A stretch of DNA of 64,000 nucleotides from a virus. The number at the start of each line of letters is the position of its first letter. The stretch's first letter is position 1. The notes beneath the pieces were generated by a model, which saw only the letters and a list, made by a program, of their open reading frames with translations, ran no database searches and was not told where the DNA came from. Positions 10,192 to 19,838 of the stretch are shown here, one piece after another. Position numbers and translations under genes: made by a program. Location of the stretch: positions 1 through 64,000 of the IMG/VR virus record IMGVR_UViG_3300034073_004910, one strand, 5' to 3'.

Positions 10192-10833
10192 CTATATAAA
10201 TAAATAATTATACCAAAGCTTATGTTCTGGACCATCGCTTCTCATTTTGTTTATTGTTTCGTTGTCAACCACGCCAGGGTTGACCCACCAGTCCTCAAAA
10301 TAAATTCCTGGGGCTTCTTCTATATTTGACACAAGAAGGGTGTATCCTTTACTTTGTAAGAATTCTCTACTTTTTTCTCTATACTCTGGACCACAGATGT
10401 AGCAATCATGCTCATAAGTTATAACTGCAAATTTATGTGTGTCGAAAGGTAGATTATATAATGCATTTAATGTTGCATCTCCATCTAAGTCAAGACTAAC
10501 ATAATCGATAAGAGTTTCAGCTATTCCTCCGCGAACCAACAGATCTGCATAATTTACTTTTGTTCCGTCAACAAATTCTATGTGATGACTTCTATTGTTT
10601 TTATGGTCATTAAAAAATCCTGGGTTAAGTTCAACTGCAACCCCTTTCCAATCAAATTGTTTTTCAAGAATATATGTATTACTAGTAATCTTGTAGGGGC
10701 CTGCACCAATTTCAATGTATGTGCCGTTTCTTTTGCCCTTTAACACAGAAAGAACGAAAAGATCTTGTCCTGCCTGAGAGCAGTTTTCTAAAACCAACTC
10801 TGAATTATAAAAAGGAAATTTTAGGTTATTCAT
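10192..10833 (-). CDS. FkbM-like methyltransferase
   Basis: SQAGQDLFV..GTYIEIGAG..SNTYILE...WKGVAVE..IDYVSLD..ITYEHD..FEDWWV. Confidence 0.75.
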   Translation of the reverse strand: MNNLKFPFYNSELVLENCSQAGQDLFVLSVLKGKRNGTYIEIGAGPYKITSNTYILEKQFDWKGVAVELNPGFFNDHKNNRSHHIEFVDGTKVNYADLLVRGGIAETLIDYVSLDLDGDATLNALYNLPFDTHKFAVITYEHDCYICGPEYREKSREFLQSKGYTLLVSNIEEAPGIYFEDWWVNPGVVDNETINKMRSDGPEHKLWYNYLFI

Positions 10834-10841
10834 ATATTTTC

Positions 10842-11825
10842 TTAATTTGATAAAATTTTTTCAATAGCAAAGCTCCAGTCTTTTATAAAGCTTTGTCTAC
10901 TATATTTTTCATATAATGGCTTTAGTGGGTCAAATCCATTTTGTATTATTTCTTTCAATGTGTGAGGCTCATTAATTATTACACTAGGGCTACACTCAAA
11001 AAAATCTTTAAAGTAATTACTTCTTGTTACTGCAATTGGCCTTTTTGCCGCTAGTGCATATTCTGTTGAACTCGCCAAAGCTGAGTCTTGAATACTGTCA
11101 CAAAAATAACAATTAATAGTATTTTGACTTAACCAATTTACCATGTCTTGTGGCTCTAGTAAATCATGGCTGTATTCAACACTAATGCCGGGCTTTTTTA
11201 TGATGCTTTCGATCTCGCGTTTTCTTTGTGCAGTTTCTTGCCCGTATCTATCTAAGAACCAACTCTGTGGCATATGCAATCTAAAAACACATTCATCAAA
11301 CTCTCTATTGATTGTGTCCGCCAACTTTGCAATACCCTTATACGGTAAAGCAAATCCGTGAAATCCAATTATTGGAAGGTCACTTTTAACGTGTGGTACT
11401 GTAGGCTCTGGCGCTAATAGTCTAGTAGAAATAAAAACTCTTTCATTTCCTACTAAAGCTGGGTTACAAACAAGATAATATTGAAACCCTCCATTATGCA
11501 GCTCTGGAGAAAAGTTGTTAATTATGTTTTGATTTGCGCACGTATCTACACAGATATTAACATGCTTTATTTGTGGAAAAATGTGCTTTATGACCGGATT
11601 TTCCATCCAACCACTAGCGATTCTATTCCACATATAAAACACAATTTTTGGAGAAAGCTCACTAATTTTGTTAATAGTTTCTTCTAAAGAATCTGTGTAC
11701 AAGACATTAAAGTCACAATTTGGCAAATCTATCAATGCACTTGCCCAGTGTTTTCCATATAAGCCAACACCACATGCTTCCTTTTCGCCAAGGGTTGGTG
11801 TAACCATTAATACTCGTGGTTTCAT
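10842..11825 (-). CDS. Putative GT-B glycosyltransferase
   Basis: CGVGLYG N-terminus, GFHGFALPYKG, SSTEYALAAKRPIAVT. Confidence 0.6.
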   Translation of the reverse strand: MKPRVLMVTPTLGEKEACGVGLYGKHWASALIDLPNCDFNVLYTDSLEETINKISELSPKIVFYMWNRIASGWMENPVIKHIFPQIKHVNICVDTCANQNIINNFSPELHNGGFQYYLVCNPALVGNERVFISTRLLAPEPTVPHVKSDLPIIGFHGFALPYKGIAKLADTINREFDECVFRLHMPQSWFLDRYGQETAQRKREIESIIKKPGISVEYSHDLLEPQDMVNWLSQNTINCYFCDSIQDSALASSTEYALAAKRPIAVTRSNYFKDFFECSPSVIINEPHTLKEIIQNGFDPLKPLYEKYSRQSFIKDWSFAIEKILSN

Positions 11826-11826
11826 G

Positions 11827-13056
11827 TTACCCTCCTATAATTTCAAACCTAGGGCAAGGAACAACGAGTTTTCCACCATTACGCAAAAAGTTATTTTCTC
11901 TTTGAACAAAATCATCAATGAAATGCCAAGGTAATACTAGTAGATAATCTGGGTTGGCTGCGCGCATTTCTTCTTCGCTTACTATAGGAATGTTCGTTCC
12001 GATAGTAAGCAACCCAAATTTATAAGGGCTTCGCTCGGCAATCGCTGGAAGAAGATCTGAGGTAATTCCAAATAGCTGCAAAAGAGTGTTTCCTTTTGTG
12101 CTTGCTCCATAGCCATACACAACTTTGTTATCTTGTTTAGCTTGTTCTAAGAATGATATTACCTTTTCTTTTAAATCAAAAATATTTTCGCCAAATTTTT
12201 TCCAAAGATCAAGATTACGAATATTCCAATCTTTTAATTCATACTCTAATAGTGAAGCAACTCTGAACTCACAAACATCTCGAACTTGTTTTGTTGCAAA
12301 AGACTTTTCATTGCTTATTGCTTTCTGAAAATAAACTCTGAAGCTCCCGCCATTGGTATCATTCAGGCTACAGTCCCTGAGAACAAATCCATGCTTCTCA
12401 AATAAAGATTTGATACTTGTTAGGTCGTAATAATAAACATGCTCATGGCAGATGTTATCAAATGCAAGCTGTTTTAGCATCAATGGTGTATAGCTCATTT
12501 GAGCTACAAATACCCCATCATCTTCAAGAATATCATAAACATCTTCAATAAACTTGTGAGGATTTTCTAAGTCGTAGAACATCGCAATACAAGTTATCAC
12601 TTTTGTTTTCTTGTTTGCTATGTTATAATAGGTTTCTTTTGAAAAAAAGTCTTGTTTGACAGTTGCGTACCTGCTGCTCTCAGTAAAGTAGCTGTCGTCT
12701 GCCGGGTCAATTCCAAATTTTTGAATTTCTTTTGGGATAAACTGAAACATTGTTCCGTCATTGCAGGCAATATCTAACCACGCATCATTTGGTTTCAATT
12801 TAACTCTGTCGCAAATTTCAGCGACTATATTTTTTAATTGCATTACCATGCTGTCATTAATTCCAGAGCGATACCAATACTGACCATACATTTTATCTAG
12901 AGGCGCAACGCCGTCGAGTCGAACCGCGCCTATAGCTTCATCTAAATATAGGTCTAGGCTCCAGGGCTTAGTTTCCCTCATTTGTTGCTCTGGTTTCAAA
13001 AAATCGCTAACGTAATGATCTCCAAGTTCTAGTACTTTCTTCATATTGCCCTTCAT
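11827..13056 (-). CDS. NDP-hexose C-methyltransferase (class I SAM MTase with C-terminal Methyltransf_14-like domain)
   Basis: YWYRSG, LDIACNDGT, FDNICHEHVYYY, NGGSFR, YGYGASTKGNTLL, PDYLLVLPWHF. Confidence 0.85.
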   Translation of the reverse strand: MKGNMKKVLELGDHYVSDFLKPEQQMRETKPWSLDLYLDEAIGAVRLDGVAPLDKMYGQYWYRSGINDSMVMQLKNIVAEICDRVKLKPNDAWLDIACNDGTMFQFIPKEIQKFGIDPADDSYFTESSRYATVKQDFFSKETYYNIANKKTKVITCIAMFYDLENPHKFIEDVYDILEDDGVFVAQMSYTPLMLKQLAFDNICHEHVYYYDLTSIKSLFEKHGFVLRDCSLNDTNGGSFRVYFQKAISNEKSFATKQVRDVCEFRVASLLEYELKDWNIRNLDLWKKFGENIFDLKEKVISFLEQAKQDNKVVYGYGASTKGNTLLQLFGITSDLLPAIAERSPYKFGLLTIGTNIPIVSEEEMRAANPDYLLVLPWHFIDDFVQRENNFLRNGGKLVVPCPRFEIIGG

Positions 13057-14111
13057 TGATTACAGTTATTAAATTCAAATACTGCTAGTTTTAGGTCGTT
13101 GTTTATCATGTCTTCAACTAGCCCTTCAAATGTATAGTCTGGTTGCCACCCCAGTTCTTTTCTTGCTAATGAACTATCGCCAAATAAAAGGTCTACCTCT
13201 GATGTATTTGCTGGCGCAGGTCGATAGAACGTTTTGTTTATTGTTACGATCTTTCTGTTGCTCAAAATATCAACACCGACTTCGTCCACGCCAGATCCGT
13301 TCCATTCAATTCTCATTCCTAATAATTTTGCAGATATCTCAATAAATTCACGAACAGAATGAGTTTCGTTCATGCTGATGACATAATCTTTAGGCGCATC
13401 TTTTTGTAAAATTAACCACATCGCCTTAACGTAGTCTTTAGCATGGCCCCAATCTCTTTTTGAATCAATGTTTCCTAACTCAAGAGCGGGGTACGATGGA
13501 TCTACTTTCATTCTTGTTAAATGTCTAGATATTTTTCTTGTAACAAAAGCTTCTCCTCTTCTTGGGCTCTCATGATTAAATAATATTCCAGAACAAGCAA
13601 AAAGATCATAGCTTTCTCTATAATTTACCGTTATCCAGTGTGCAAATAGTTTGCTGCATCCATATGGCGATCTTGGGTAAAAGGGTGTAGTTTCTTTTTG
13701 AGGACTTTCTATAGCTCTACCAAAAAGTTCGCTAGTAGATGCCTGATAAAATTTAATTTCTTTGGTTGATTTTAAATTTCTAATTACGTCTAAAATTCTT
13801 AGAGTTCCGAGAGCATCAACATCTGCGGTATACTCGGGGAGATCAAAGCTAACAGCAACGTGGCTTTGTGCTGCTAAATTATAAATTTCATCTGGTTTAG
13901 TTTTTTCAATAATATTTCTAATATTAGTTGAGTCGGTTAAATCTCCATAATGAACTGTTATCTTATCTTTTATCTTGTTGAGATTCGGGTGGTCAATATA
14001 ACTACTGTTTCGCCTAATTAACCCCTCAACTTTGTAGTCTTTATCGATTAAAAATTCAGCTAAGTAGCTGCCGTCCTGGCCTGATATTCCAGTAATAAGT
14101 GCTTTTTTCAT
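13053..14111 (-). CDS. gmd: GDP-mannose 4,6-dehydratase
   Basis: ALITGISGQDGSYLAE, YNLAAQSHV, FYQASTSELFG, PRSPYG, LFNHESPRRG, RDWGHAKDYV. Confidence 0.95.
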   Translation of the reverse strand: MKKALITGISGQDGSYLAEFLIDKDYKVEGLIRRNSSYIDHPNLNKIKDKITVHYGDLTDSTNIRNIIEKTKPDEIYNLAAQSHVAVSFDLPEYTADVDALGTLRILDVIRNLKSTKEIKFYQASTSELFGRAIESPQKETTPFYPRSPYGCSKLFAHWITVNYRESYDLFACSGILFNHESPRRGEAFVTRKISRHLTRMKVDPSYPALELGNIDSKRDWGHAKDYVKAMWLILQKDAPKDYVISMNETHSVREFIEISAKLLGMRIEWNGSGVDEVGVDILSNRKIVTINKTFYRPAPANTSEVDLLFGDSSLARKELGWQPDYTFEGLVEDMINNDLKLAVFEFNNCNQ

Positions 14112-14148
14112 TGTCGACTATCCATATTATTTAACAAAAATTGAACTT

Positions 14149-14889
14149 TTAGTCAATAACTTTTACACCGTTAGGGGCGATGCATCCTTCTATTCCTACC
14201 TCTGAAAGTTCAATCAATTTATCCGCCGGTATAAACTTACTCATAGAGTGCTCGTTATCTATGTAGCCCCCAGAATTAATTGTTTTTAACATATTATTTA
14301 TAATTGTTTTATACAGCTCCGCGGTTTCTGGGAGTAATGTACTATCAAAACACCATAAGCGAGTTTGTAGCTGGCTGGTTACCCCGGTTATTTGGAAAGG
14401 AATCCAACTAGGTTGTCTAGTTTTAAATATATATTTTTTTTCTGTGCTGGGGTTATCAAAATTATTTATTATAAATTTACTTGTAAGTTTATACCTTCCA
14501 CTAATTTTAAATACTCTAGAACTATTTGCAACTATCGAATGTAAATTTTTATTATTAATTAAAGCATATAAAGCATTAAAAATACCTATAGCTTCCATCA
14601 TATTCTTACCTACGTCATAATTCTGAACGCTATCATGAAAATATTTTATGTTAGCATCATTGCTATTATCTATATAATAGTCAACAGAGTTTAAAAGCGT
14701 AGACAAGGCAGAGCTATTATCAGCATGTATATCAGTTTTACTATTATCTACTAAAACAATCACACTACCTGGGATAGAAGTTTTTATGCTTCTAATTGTG
14801 TCTATTGTTTGTAGTATACGCTCTTTGGGCGAGTAGATGCCATAGTTGGTATATATAGCAGAGGTAACTAAAACCACATACTTTTTCAT
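14149..14889 (-). CDS. Hypothetical protein of the sugar island (possible glycosyltransferase-like)
   Basis: VLVTSAI..ERILQT..VLVDNS..RVFKISGRY; AT-rich ORF in operon context. Confidence 0.5.
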   Translation of the reverse strand: MKKYVVLVTSAIYTNYGIYSPKERILQTIDTIRSIKTSIPGSVIVLVDNSKTDIHADNSSALSTLLNSVDYYIDNSNDANIKYFHDSVQNYDVGKNMMEAIGIFNALYALINNKNLHSIVANSSRVFKISGRYKLTSKFIINNFDNPSTEKKYIFKTRQPSWIPFQITGVTSQLQTRLWCFDSTLLPETAELYKTIINNMLKTINSGGYIDNEHSMSKFIPADKLIELSEVGIEGCIAPNGVKVID

Positions 14890-14923
14890 ACTAAAACACT
14901 GATTAATATCTTTATTTTCTTTT

Positions 14924-15952
14924 TCAACAACGTAACCAGCGCTCATTATTTAGTGTCCACTCAACAACTTCATTAATTCGTTCTTTTAAACTAATACGAG
15001 GTTCCCAGCCCAGCCTTCGCATATAATCTCCACTAAGAGAATAGCGTAGATCATGCCCAGGTCGAGAGCTGTGAAAGTCTACCATTTCATATTTAAGAGG
15101 CTTGCCTTGTGCGTCTGCAATAAGCTGGGCGAGCTGTAGATTGTTAATCTCTTCTTTACCTACTAAGTTAAACTTAGGGCACTTTGCTCCGCCGCAGTCT
15201 GCTTCAAATACTTTAGTTTTAGTACTTAGTAAAAAGTACAGCGCATCGGCAACATCAGCTGCATGAATGTAATGCCTGCTTCCAGGAATTGTTTTAGTTG
15301 AATCGCTGTGAATAGTTACTTTTTCGCCATCGTTAACTTTTCGTATACACATAGGAATATACTTTTCAGGATGTTGGCGCTGCCCAAATACATTCATTGT
15401 ATGTGTAATATAAATTGGCAATTTGTAAGTATTCTCAAAGGCTACTGCTAACTCTTCCCCACCAGCTTTTGTCGCAGAGTAAGGATTTGAGCTGTTGTAT
15501 CTATCTCGTTCTCCGTAATTAATTCCGTTAGGAGCGGGGCCAAAAACTTCATCAGTAGAAAAGTAAACAAATCGTTCTAGATTTGCTACTTTGCGCGCAT
15601 ACTGCAAAATATGCCCAGTGCCTACAACGTTATCAAAAACAAATTCCATAGGAGCTTCAATGCTTCTATCGACATGACTACCCGCGGCTAAATGTAAAAT
15701 ATAGTCAACTTTTCCTAGATCTTTCTCGAGCATAGGATTAATTTCTGCTCTGAGATCGTGAAATATTACTTTAACTCTTTTGCGAATATTAGGCTCAAAT
15801 TCAGCCACCATATCAGAGAGTCTATTTAGATTACCAGAAAAATCCAGCCGATCTAAGCTAACAATATTCCAATCAGTATTTTTTAAAAGATAATAAATTA
15901 CATGATGCGCTACAAAACCCGCGCCTCCTGTAACTAAAACAGTTTTTGACAT
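14924..15952 (-). CDS. rfbB: dTDP-glucose 4,6-dehydratase (RmlB/RfbB-like SDR)
   Basis: VLVTGGAGF, HLAAGSHVDRSI, STDEVFG, PYSATKA, RPGHDLRY. Confidence 0.9.
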   Translation of the reverse strand: MSKTVLVTGGAGFVAHHVIYYLLKNTDWNIVSLDRLDFSGNLNRLSDMVAEFEPNIRKRVKVIFHDLRAEINPMLEKDLGKVDYILHLAAGSHVDRSIEAPMEFVFDNVVGTGHILQYARKVANLERFVYFSTDEVFGPAPNGINYGERDRYNSSNPYSATKAGGEELAVAFENTYKLPIYITHTMNVFGQRQHPEKYIPMCIRKVNDGEKVTIHSDSTKTIPGSRHYIHAADVADALYFLLSTKTKVFEADCGGAKCPKFNLVGKEEINNLQLAQLIADAQGKPLKYEMVDFHSSRPGHDLRYSLSGDYMRRLGWEPRISLKERINEVVEWTLNNERWLRC

Positions 15953-15970
15953 GCACTCGCTCCGAGTCTA

Positions 15971-16321
15971 TTATACTTTTTTAACGTACAATTTAAGGTT
16001 ATTTTCTTTTGCAAGCTCTATTAAATGAGCTGTTCCTTTGCTTTTTCCGTCCCATACTACGATGACAGCTTCGGCTTTTTTTAAAATCTCTGAGTATCTT
16101 TCTTTTCCGGAAATCTTGTCATACTCAATTTCTTCGTTCCAAAAAGGAACGACGAGGTCACAGGGAATTCGATTCAAATTTGCATATGATACTGCAAATT
16201 CGTCGGCTCCCTGAGCCCCGCCAGAAATGATTTTTGTAACAGCCCACGGGGCTTCAGCAATCGCTGAAGCCACATGAGAGTAGCGATTAATCGTTCGTGA
16301 TCCCGCTACAACTGTTCTCAT
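15971..16321 (-). CDS. SLOG-family (YspA/DUF2493-like) nucleotide-binding protein
   Basis: VVAGSR..IISGGAQGAD..WDGKSKGT. Confidence 0.75.
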   Translation of the reverse strand: MRTVVAGSRTINRYSHVASAIAEAPWAVTKIISGGAQGADEFAVSYANLNRIPCDLVVPFWNEEIEYDKISGKERYSEILKKAEAVIVVWDGKSKGTAHLIELAKENNLKLYVKKV

Positions 16322-16965
16322 TAGAGATCAAGTTCACTTTCTACTTCTTCTGGAATTTCATCAGATGCCGACTCTCCCGAGCCTCCTCGACGAATTCGCT
16401 CGAGCAGCTCTTTCTGTGCGTCAGGAGTCGGGCGAGGAAGAACGTCGTCCATCGACTTAAGATTTTCAATCAATGCACGTTCGCTATCTGTAAGAGCACG
16501 CTTTTTGCACTTCAGAGCCTGAAGCTGGTACTCTACGTTATAAGCCTGTGCGCCAGTCTTAACGCGCTTGAAATAAATATCCCAGCCTTCATCGGGGTCG
16601 CTCGGGTCGCCCAAATCTTCCGCAGCAACAAGAATTTGCTCAAGCAACTTCTTTTTGAGATTGATCACTTTCACTTTGTTGTCGCTGGGATCAATAACCT
16701 GGCAGGCATACGCCCAGTTACACTTCAGATCCGGGTAAGCATCACGAACCCAATCTTTCTCGCGGTTCGTAAACTTTTCAAGCTGACGATCAAACGCAAG
16801 GCACTCCATCGGAATATCTTTGTTGTTTTCGCCTTTGATCCAATACACATATCGAGGAAGCAAATCGCCGACAAGGCGAACTACATTATCCCCGTTTTTA
16901 TAAATGTACTGGTCAACTTTCTCTTTTACTGCGCCGCCTTTCGTCTGATTAAACTTAATTGCCAT
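16321..16965 (-). CDS. T5 D11-like ssDNA-binding protein
   Basis: VRLVGDLLPRYVYW..MECLAFDR..LGDPSDPDEGWDIYFKR; acidic tail; T5 synteny. Confidence 0.8.
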   Translation of the reverse strand: MAIKFNQTKGGAVKEKVDQYIYKNGDNVVRLVGDLLPRYVYWIKGENNKDIPMECLAFDRQLEKFTNREKDWVRDAYPDLKCNWAYACQVIDPSDNKVKVINLKKKLLEQILVAAEDLGDPSDPDEGWDIYFKRVKTGAQAYNVEYQLQALKCKKRALTDSERALIENLKSMDDVLPRPTPDAQKELLERIRRGGSGESASDEIPEEVESELDL

Positions 16966-17347
16966 TTTTAGCCTCCTCAAAAGAAAAATAAATTTCTTCG
17001 TTTTTTATCTTTAGTAGCCTGTTGTTTTCGATAGCCTTTACGTTTACAAGATGTATCGGTAAAGTTTTAGTTCGAAAAAGAGCGTAGTCAGGATAACTTC
17101 TTTTTGCTGCAAGAAGTATATATTGAGCTACTTCTTTTCGAGTGTATTTCCACTGTTTATCCAGAAAAGCCTCCGGGTTGAGTAGAAATGAGTCTCCAAA
17201 CCAGTTTATAGTTTGGTATTTTAAACATTTGACGTCTCCCTTTGATTTCGGAATGGGTCTGTAGGTGATATATCTTAAAATATCAATCATTGCTACAGTC
17301 GAGCCACCGCTAAATCGTATAAGTTTTGACTTGTCAAACAGTATCAT
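16955..17347 (-). CDS. Conserved T5-like hypothetical protein
   Basis: Position between D10 and D11; GDSFLLNP..RSY.DY motif. Confidence 0.6.
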   Translation of the reverse strand: MILFDKSKLIRFSGGSTVAMIDILRYITYRPIPKSKGDVKCLKYQTINWFGDSFLLNPEAFLDKQWKYTRKEVAQYILLAAKRSYPDYALFRTKTLPIHLVNVKAIENNRLLKIKNEEIYFSFEEAKNGN

Positions 17348-17389
17348 ATATTATATAGAAAAAGTACTAAGTTGTCAAGAATTATTTTT

Positions 17390-18673
17390 TTATAGCATAT
17401 TGATGCTATAGCCTTCTTTAACATAATGTGCCATTCGAGACTGCGCTTGTCTTACTGCTGTTCGGCCTTTAAGATGTATATCGACAATTGTGGGCTGTAG
17501 TTTATTAGGAGAAAGGCGTACAATTCGACCAATTAACTGAGTTAGAAGAGGCGTATTGTTCACTGGTGTTCCTAAAACAAGACAACTTAGCTCATTGATT
17601 GAAATACCTTCCGAAAAGATAGATTGTGTACCAAATAGAATTTCTTTTTTACCTGAAGAAATTTCTTGTGAAGCTTTTATTCTAGCTTCACGCGTTAGGT
17701 CGCCCGTAACACTTACAGCAGATTCGCCGACCAGCTCGGCGCAGCTCTTCAAAAATCGTACGCGGTCAGAAAGCACCAAAACTCGATGTCCTTTTGCGGC
17801 GTAGGCCGCCGCTATCATAGCTACTGTATGTTGATATTGCTCGTTAAAGGCGAGATCGTTCACTCGGTTTGCCCACGGAATGTTTGCTCCGTCCATAAAA
17901 CGTATTTCGCTTTCTATAATATCAACTTTTGGTACCATGTAGTTTTCTTTCGGCGGCTGATAGACTCTTTCGCTGAAATAATCTCTAAAAACTACGTGCT
18001 TTCCGTCTTTTCTTTCAATCGTCCCAGACAGGCCAATTTTATAGCGTGCAAAATTTTTATCAATAATTCGAGAAAAAGTCGGGCTGCTTACATGGTGCAT
18101 TTCATCTAGTATAAGTGTTCCGAATTCTCTTGAAATATCGTTAATTTTTTTGTACAGCGTTTGAACGTTTCCTACTACAATGGGACCGTCCATGTTAAAC
18201 TGTCCGCTGCCGATGATTCCGGGCTTAAAACCGTAAATTTTATACACTTCGTCAGCCCACTGATCACGAAGATTTGTAGTATGAGTAACTACTAGCGTTT
18301 TTTGACCGAGTTTTCCCGCTATGGCTAACGCCGTAAATGTTTTACCCCAGCTTACTGATGCATTAATAATGCAACTATCGTCTACTAGATCGTAAATTTC
18401 TTTCTGACTGGGGTATAATTCAAATTTTCGCTCTGGAAATTCTACGGGGTTCAGAACTCGTTTATCTGTCACTTCATAGCCTTCGGGAATAAGGTCCATT
18501 CGCCCAGAAGGTAGAGTTACTAGATTGTCTTTAATAAGCCCCATGTTTTTAATCACAAGAGGCGCTTCGGTTGCGTTATACGAAGGGATCAAATAAGTTA
18601 ACTCAGAGTCTAATTTTTCAAAAAGCTCTGAGTTAACCTGAATGTATATTCTGTTTGATAGTACTGCTTTCAC
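17390..18673 (-). CDS. T5 D10-like SF2 DNA helicase
   Basis: MKAVLSNRIY, SWGKT, LILDEMHH, GLSGT, QLIGRIVR. Confidence 0.9.
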   Translation of the reverse strand: MKAVLSNRIYIQVNSELFEKLDSELTYLIPSYNATEAPLVIKNMGLIKDNLVTLPSGRMDLIPEGYEVTDKRVLNPVEFPERKFELYPSQKEIYDLVDDSCIINASVSWGKTFTALAIAGKLGQKTLVVTHTTNLRDQWADEVYKIYGFKPGIIGSGQFNMDGPIVVGNVQTLYKKINDISREFGTLILDEMHHVSSPTFSRIIDKNFARYKIGLSGTIERKDGKHVVFRDYFSERVYQPPKENYMVPKVDIIESEIRFMDGANIPWANRVNDLAFNEQYQHTVAMIAAAYAAKGHRVLVLSDRVRFLKSCAELVGESAVSVTGDLTREARIKASQEISSGKKEILFGTQSIFSEGISINELSCLVLGTPVNNTPLLTQLIGRIVRLSPNKLQPTIVDIHLKGRTAVRQAQSRMAHYVKEGYSINML

Positions 18674-19338
18674 CGATATTTAAGAAACATGTGTTTTTGA
18701 ATTAAATAGTCCCTAACAAAATCACTTCGAACAATATCTTCTACGTCAAGCTCAATAAAATCAAAACGATCCATTGTTTTAATAATGCTAACAAAATCTG
18801 CCAGTCCGTTTACTTTCAAATCTGACTGATAAAAGTCGCCGCACATCAAAATTCTACAGTTTTTGCCCACTCGCGTAATGATAGAGTCTAGCTCGTGAAA
18901 ACTCATGTTTTGAGTTTCATCTACTATAATAACTGTATCATTAAGAGTTAATCCTCGCAAATAAGAGGTTGTCATAAACTCGACAATTCCTTTATTTTTT
19001 AGAATTTCGTAAGCATCTCCGCGACCAAAAAGCTCATTACAAATATTGTGATAAGGAGTTTCGTAGATTTTTGACTTTTCTTTCTCTGATCCAGGTAAAA
19101 AGCCTATATCTCGTGTTGGAACAGCACTACGAATAAGAGTCACTCCGCCGTACTGGTCTTTCAATATATCGTCGAAGGCGAGATAGAGTGATATAAAGGT
19201 TTTTCCTGTACCTGCTGATCCGCACAGAACAAGATTATTTAAACTATCAAAAGCTTTTCTTTGATTATAAGTAAGTGGTTCAACTTCTTCCAACTGTAGA
19301 TTATTATCAATTAATGATCGTCTTTTGGGTTTTGCCAT
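18670..19338 (-). CDS. phoH: PhoH family ATPase
   Basis: GSAGTGKT, IGFLPG, YLRGLTL, VDETQN, GDFYQSDL, DIVRS. Confidence 0.9.
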   Translation of the reverse strand: MAKPKRRSLIDNNLQLEEVEPLTYNQRKAFDSLNNLVLCGSAGTGKTFISLYLAFDDILKDQYGGVTLIRSAVPTRDIGFLPGSEKEKSKIYETPYHNICNELFGRGDAYEILKNKGIVEFMTTSYLRGLTLNDTVIIVDETQNMSFHELDSIITRVGKNCRILMCGDFYQSDLKVNGLADFVSIIKTMDRFDFIELDVEDIVRSDFVRDYLIQKHMFLKYR

Positions 19339-19838
19339 TAAATTAACCTTCTTTTCTCGGGTTGTTTTTCTTCTGAAAAACTTAATACTTCCCATGGAAA
19401 CCTATCAAAAAAGATGATATTTGCCCAGAAATACCCCGCTGGTGGCGGTCTAGGTAGGATGAATACCTTAGACAAGCCTTTAACTTTAAGAGTAGAATAG
19501 TGGTCTTTATGCTCCACTCTATCTATTCTATACGACCGTATTTTACATGATTTTGTTTTTCTATATGTAAAAGCTTTTCCATTACTGTCTATAAAGTGCT
19601 TATACCCAGCACGAATCATAGAGAGAAAATCAAAGGCGCAGTCTCTAAGAGGGTAAAGTTCTTTAGAATTTACTCTAAGCCTTCTGACCCCCAAAGAGCT
19701 GCCTTCTACACTTTTATCGTCCACTATCTTATCTTCACAGTACAATATATTTTTATAAAATCTAAGCTCGTCTGAGCGAAGTTTAAATACTGGAAATCTA
19801 ACTTTTTTGATAGTGTCTTTCGTTACTTCAGGCAACAT
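19338..19838 (-). CDS. Conserved T5-like hypothetical protein downstream of the polymerase
   Basis: FPVFKLR..VDDK...LGVRRL..FIDSNGK; T5 synteny. Confidence 0.6.
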   Translation of the reverse strand: MLPEVTKDTIKKVRFPVFKLRSDELRFYKNILYCEDKIVDDKSVEGSSLGVRRLRVNSKELYPLRDCAFDFLSMIRAGYKHFIDSNGKAFTYRKTKSCKIRSYRIDRVEHKDHYSTLKVKGLSKVFILPRPPPAGYFWANIIFFDRFPWEVLSFSEEKQPEKRRLI

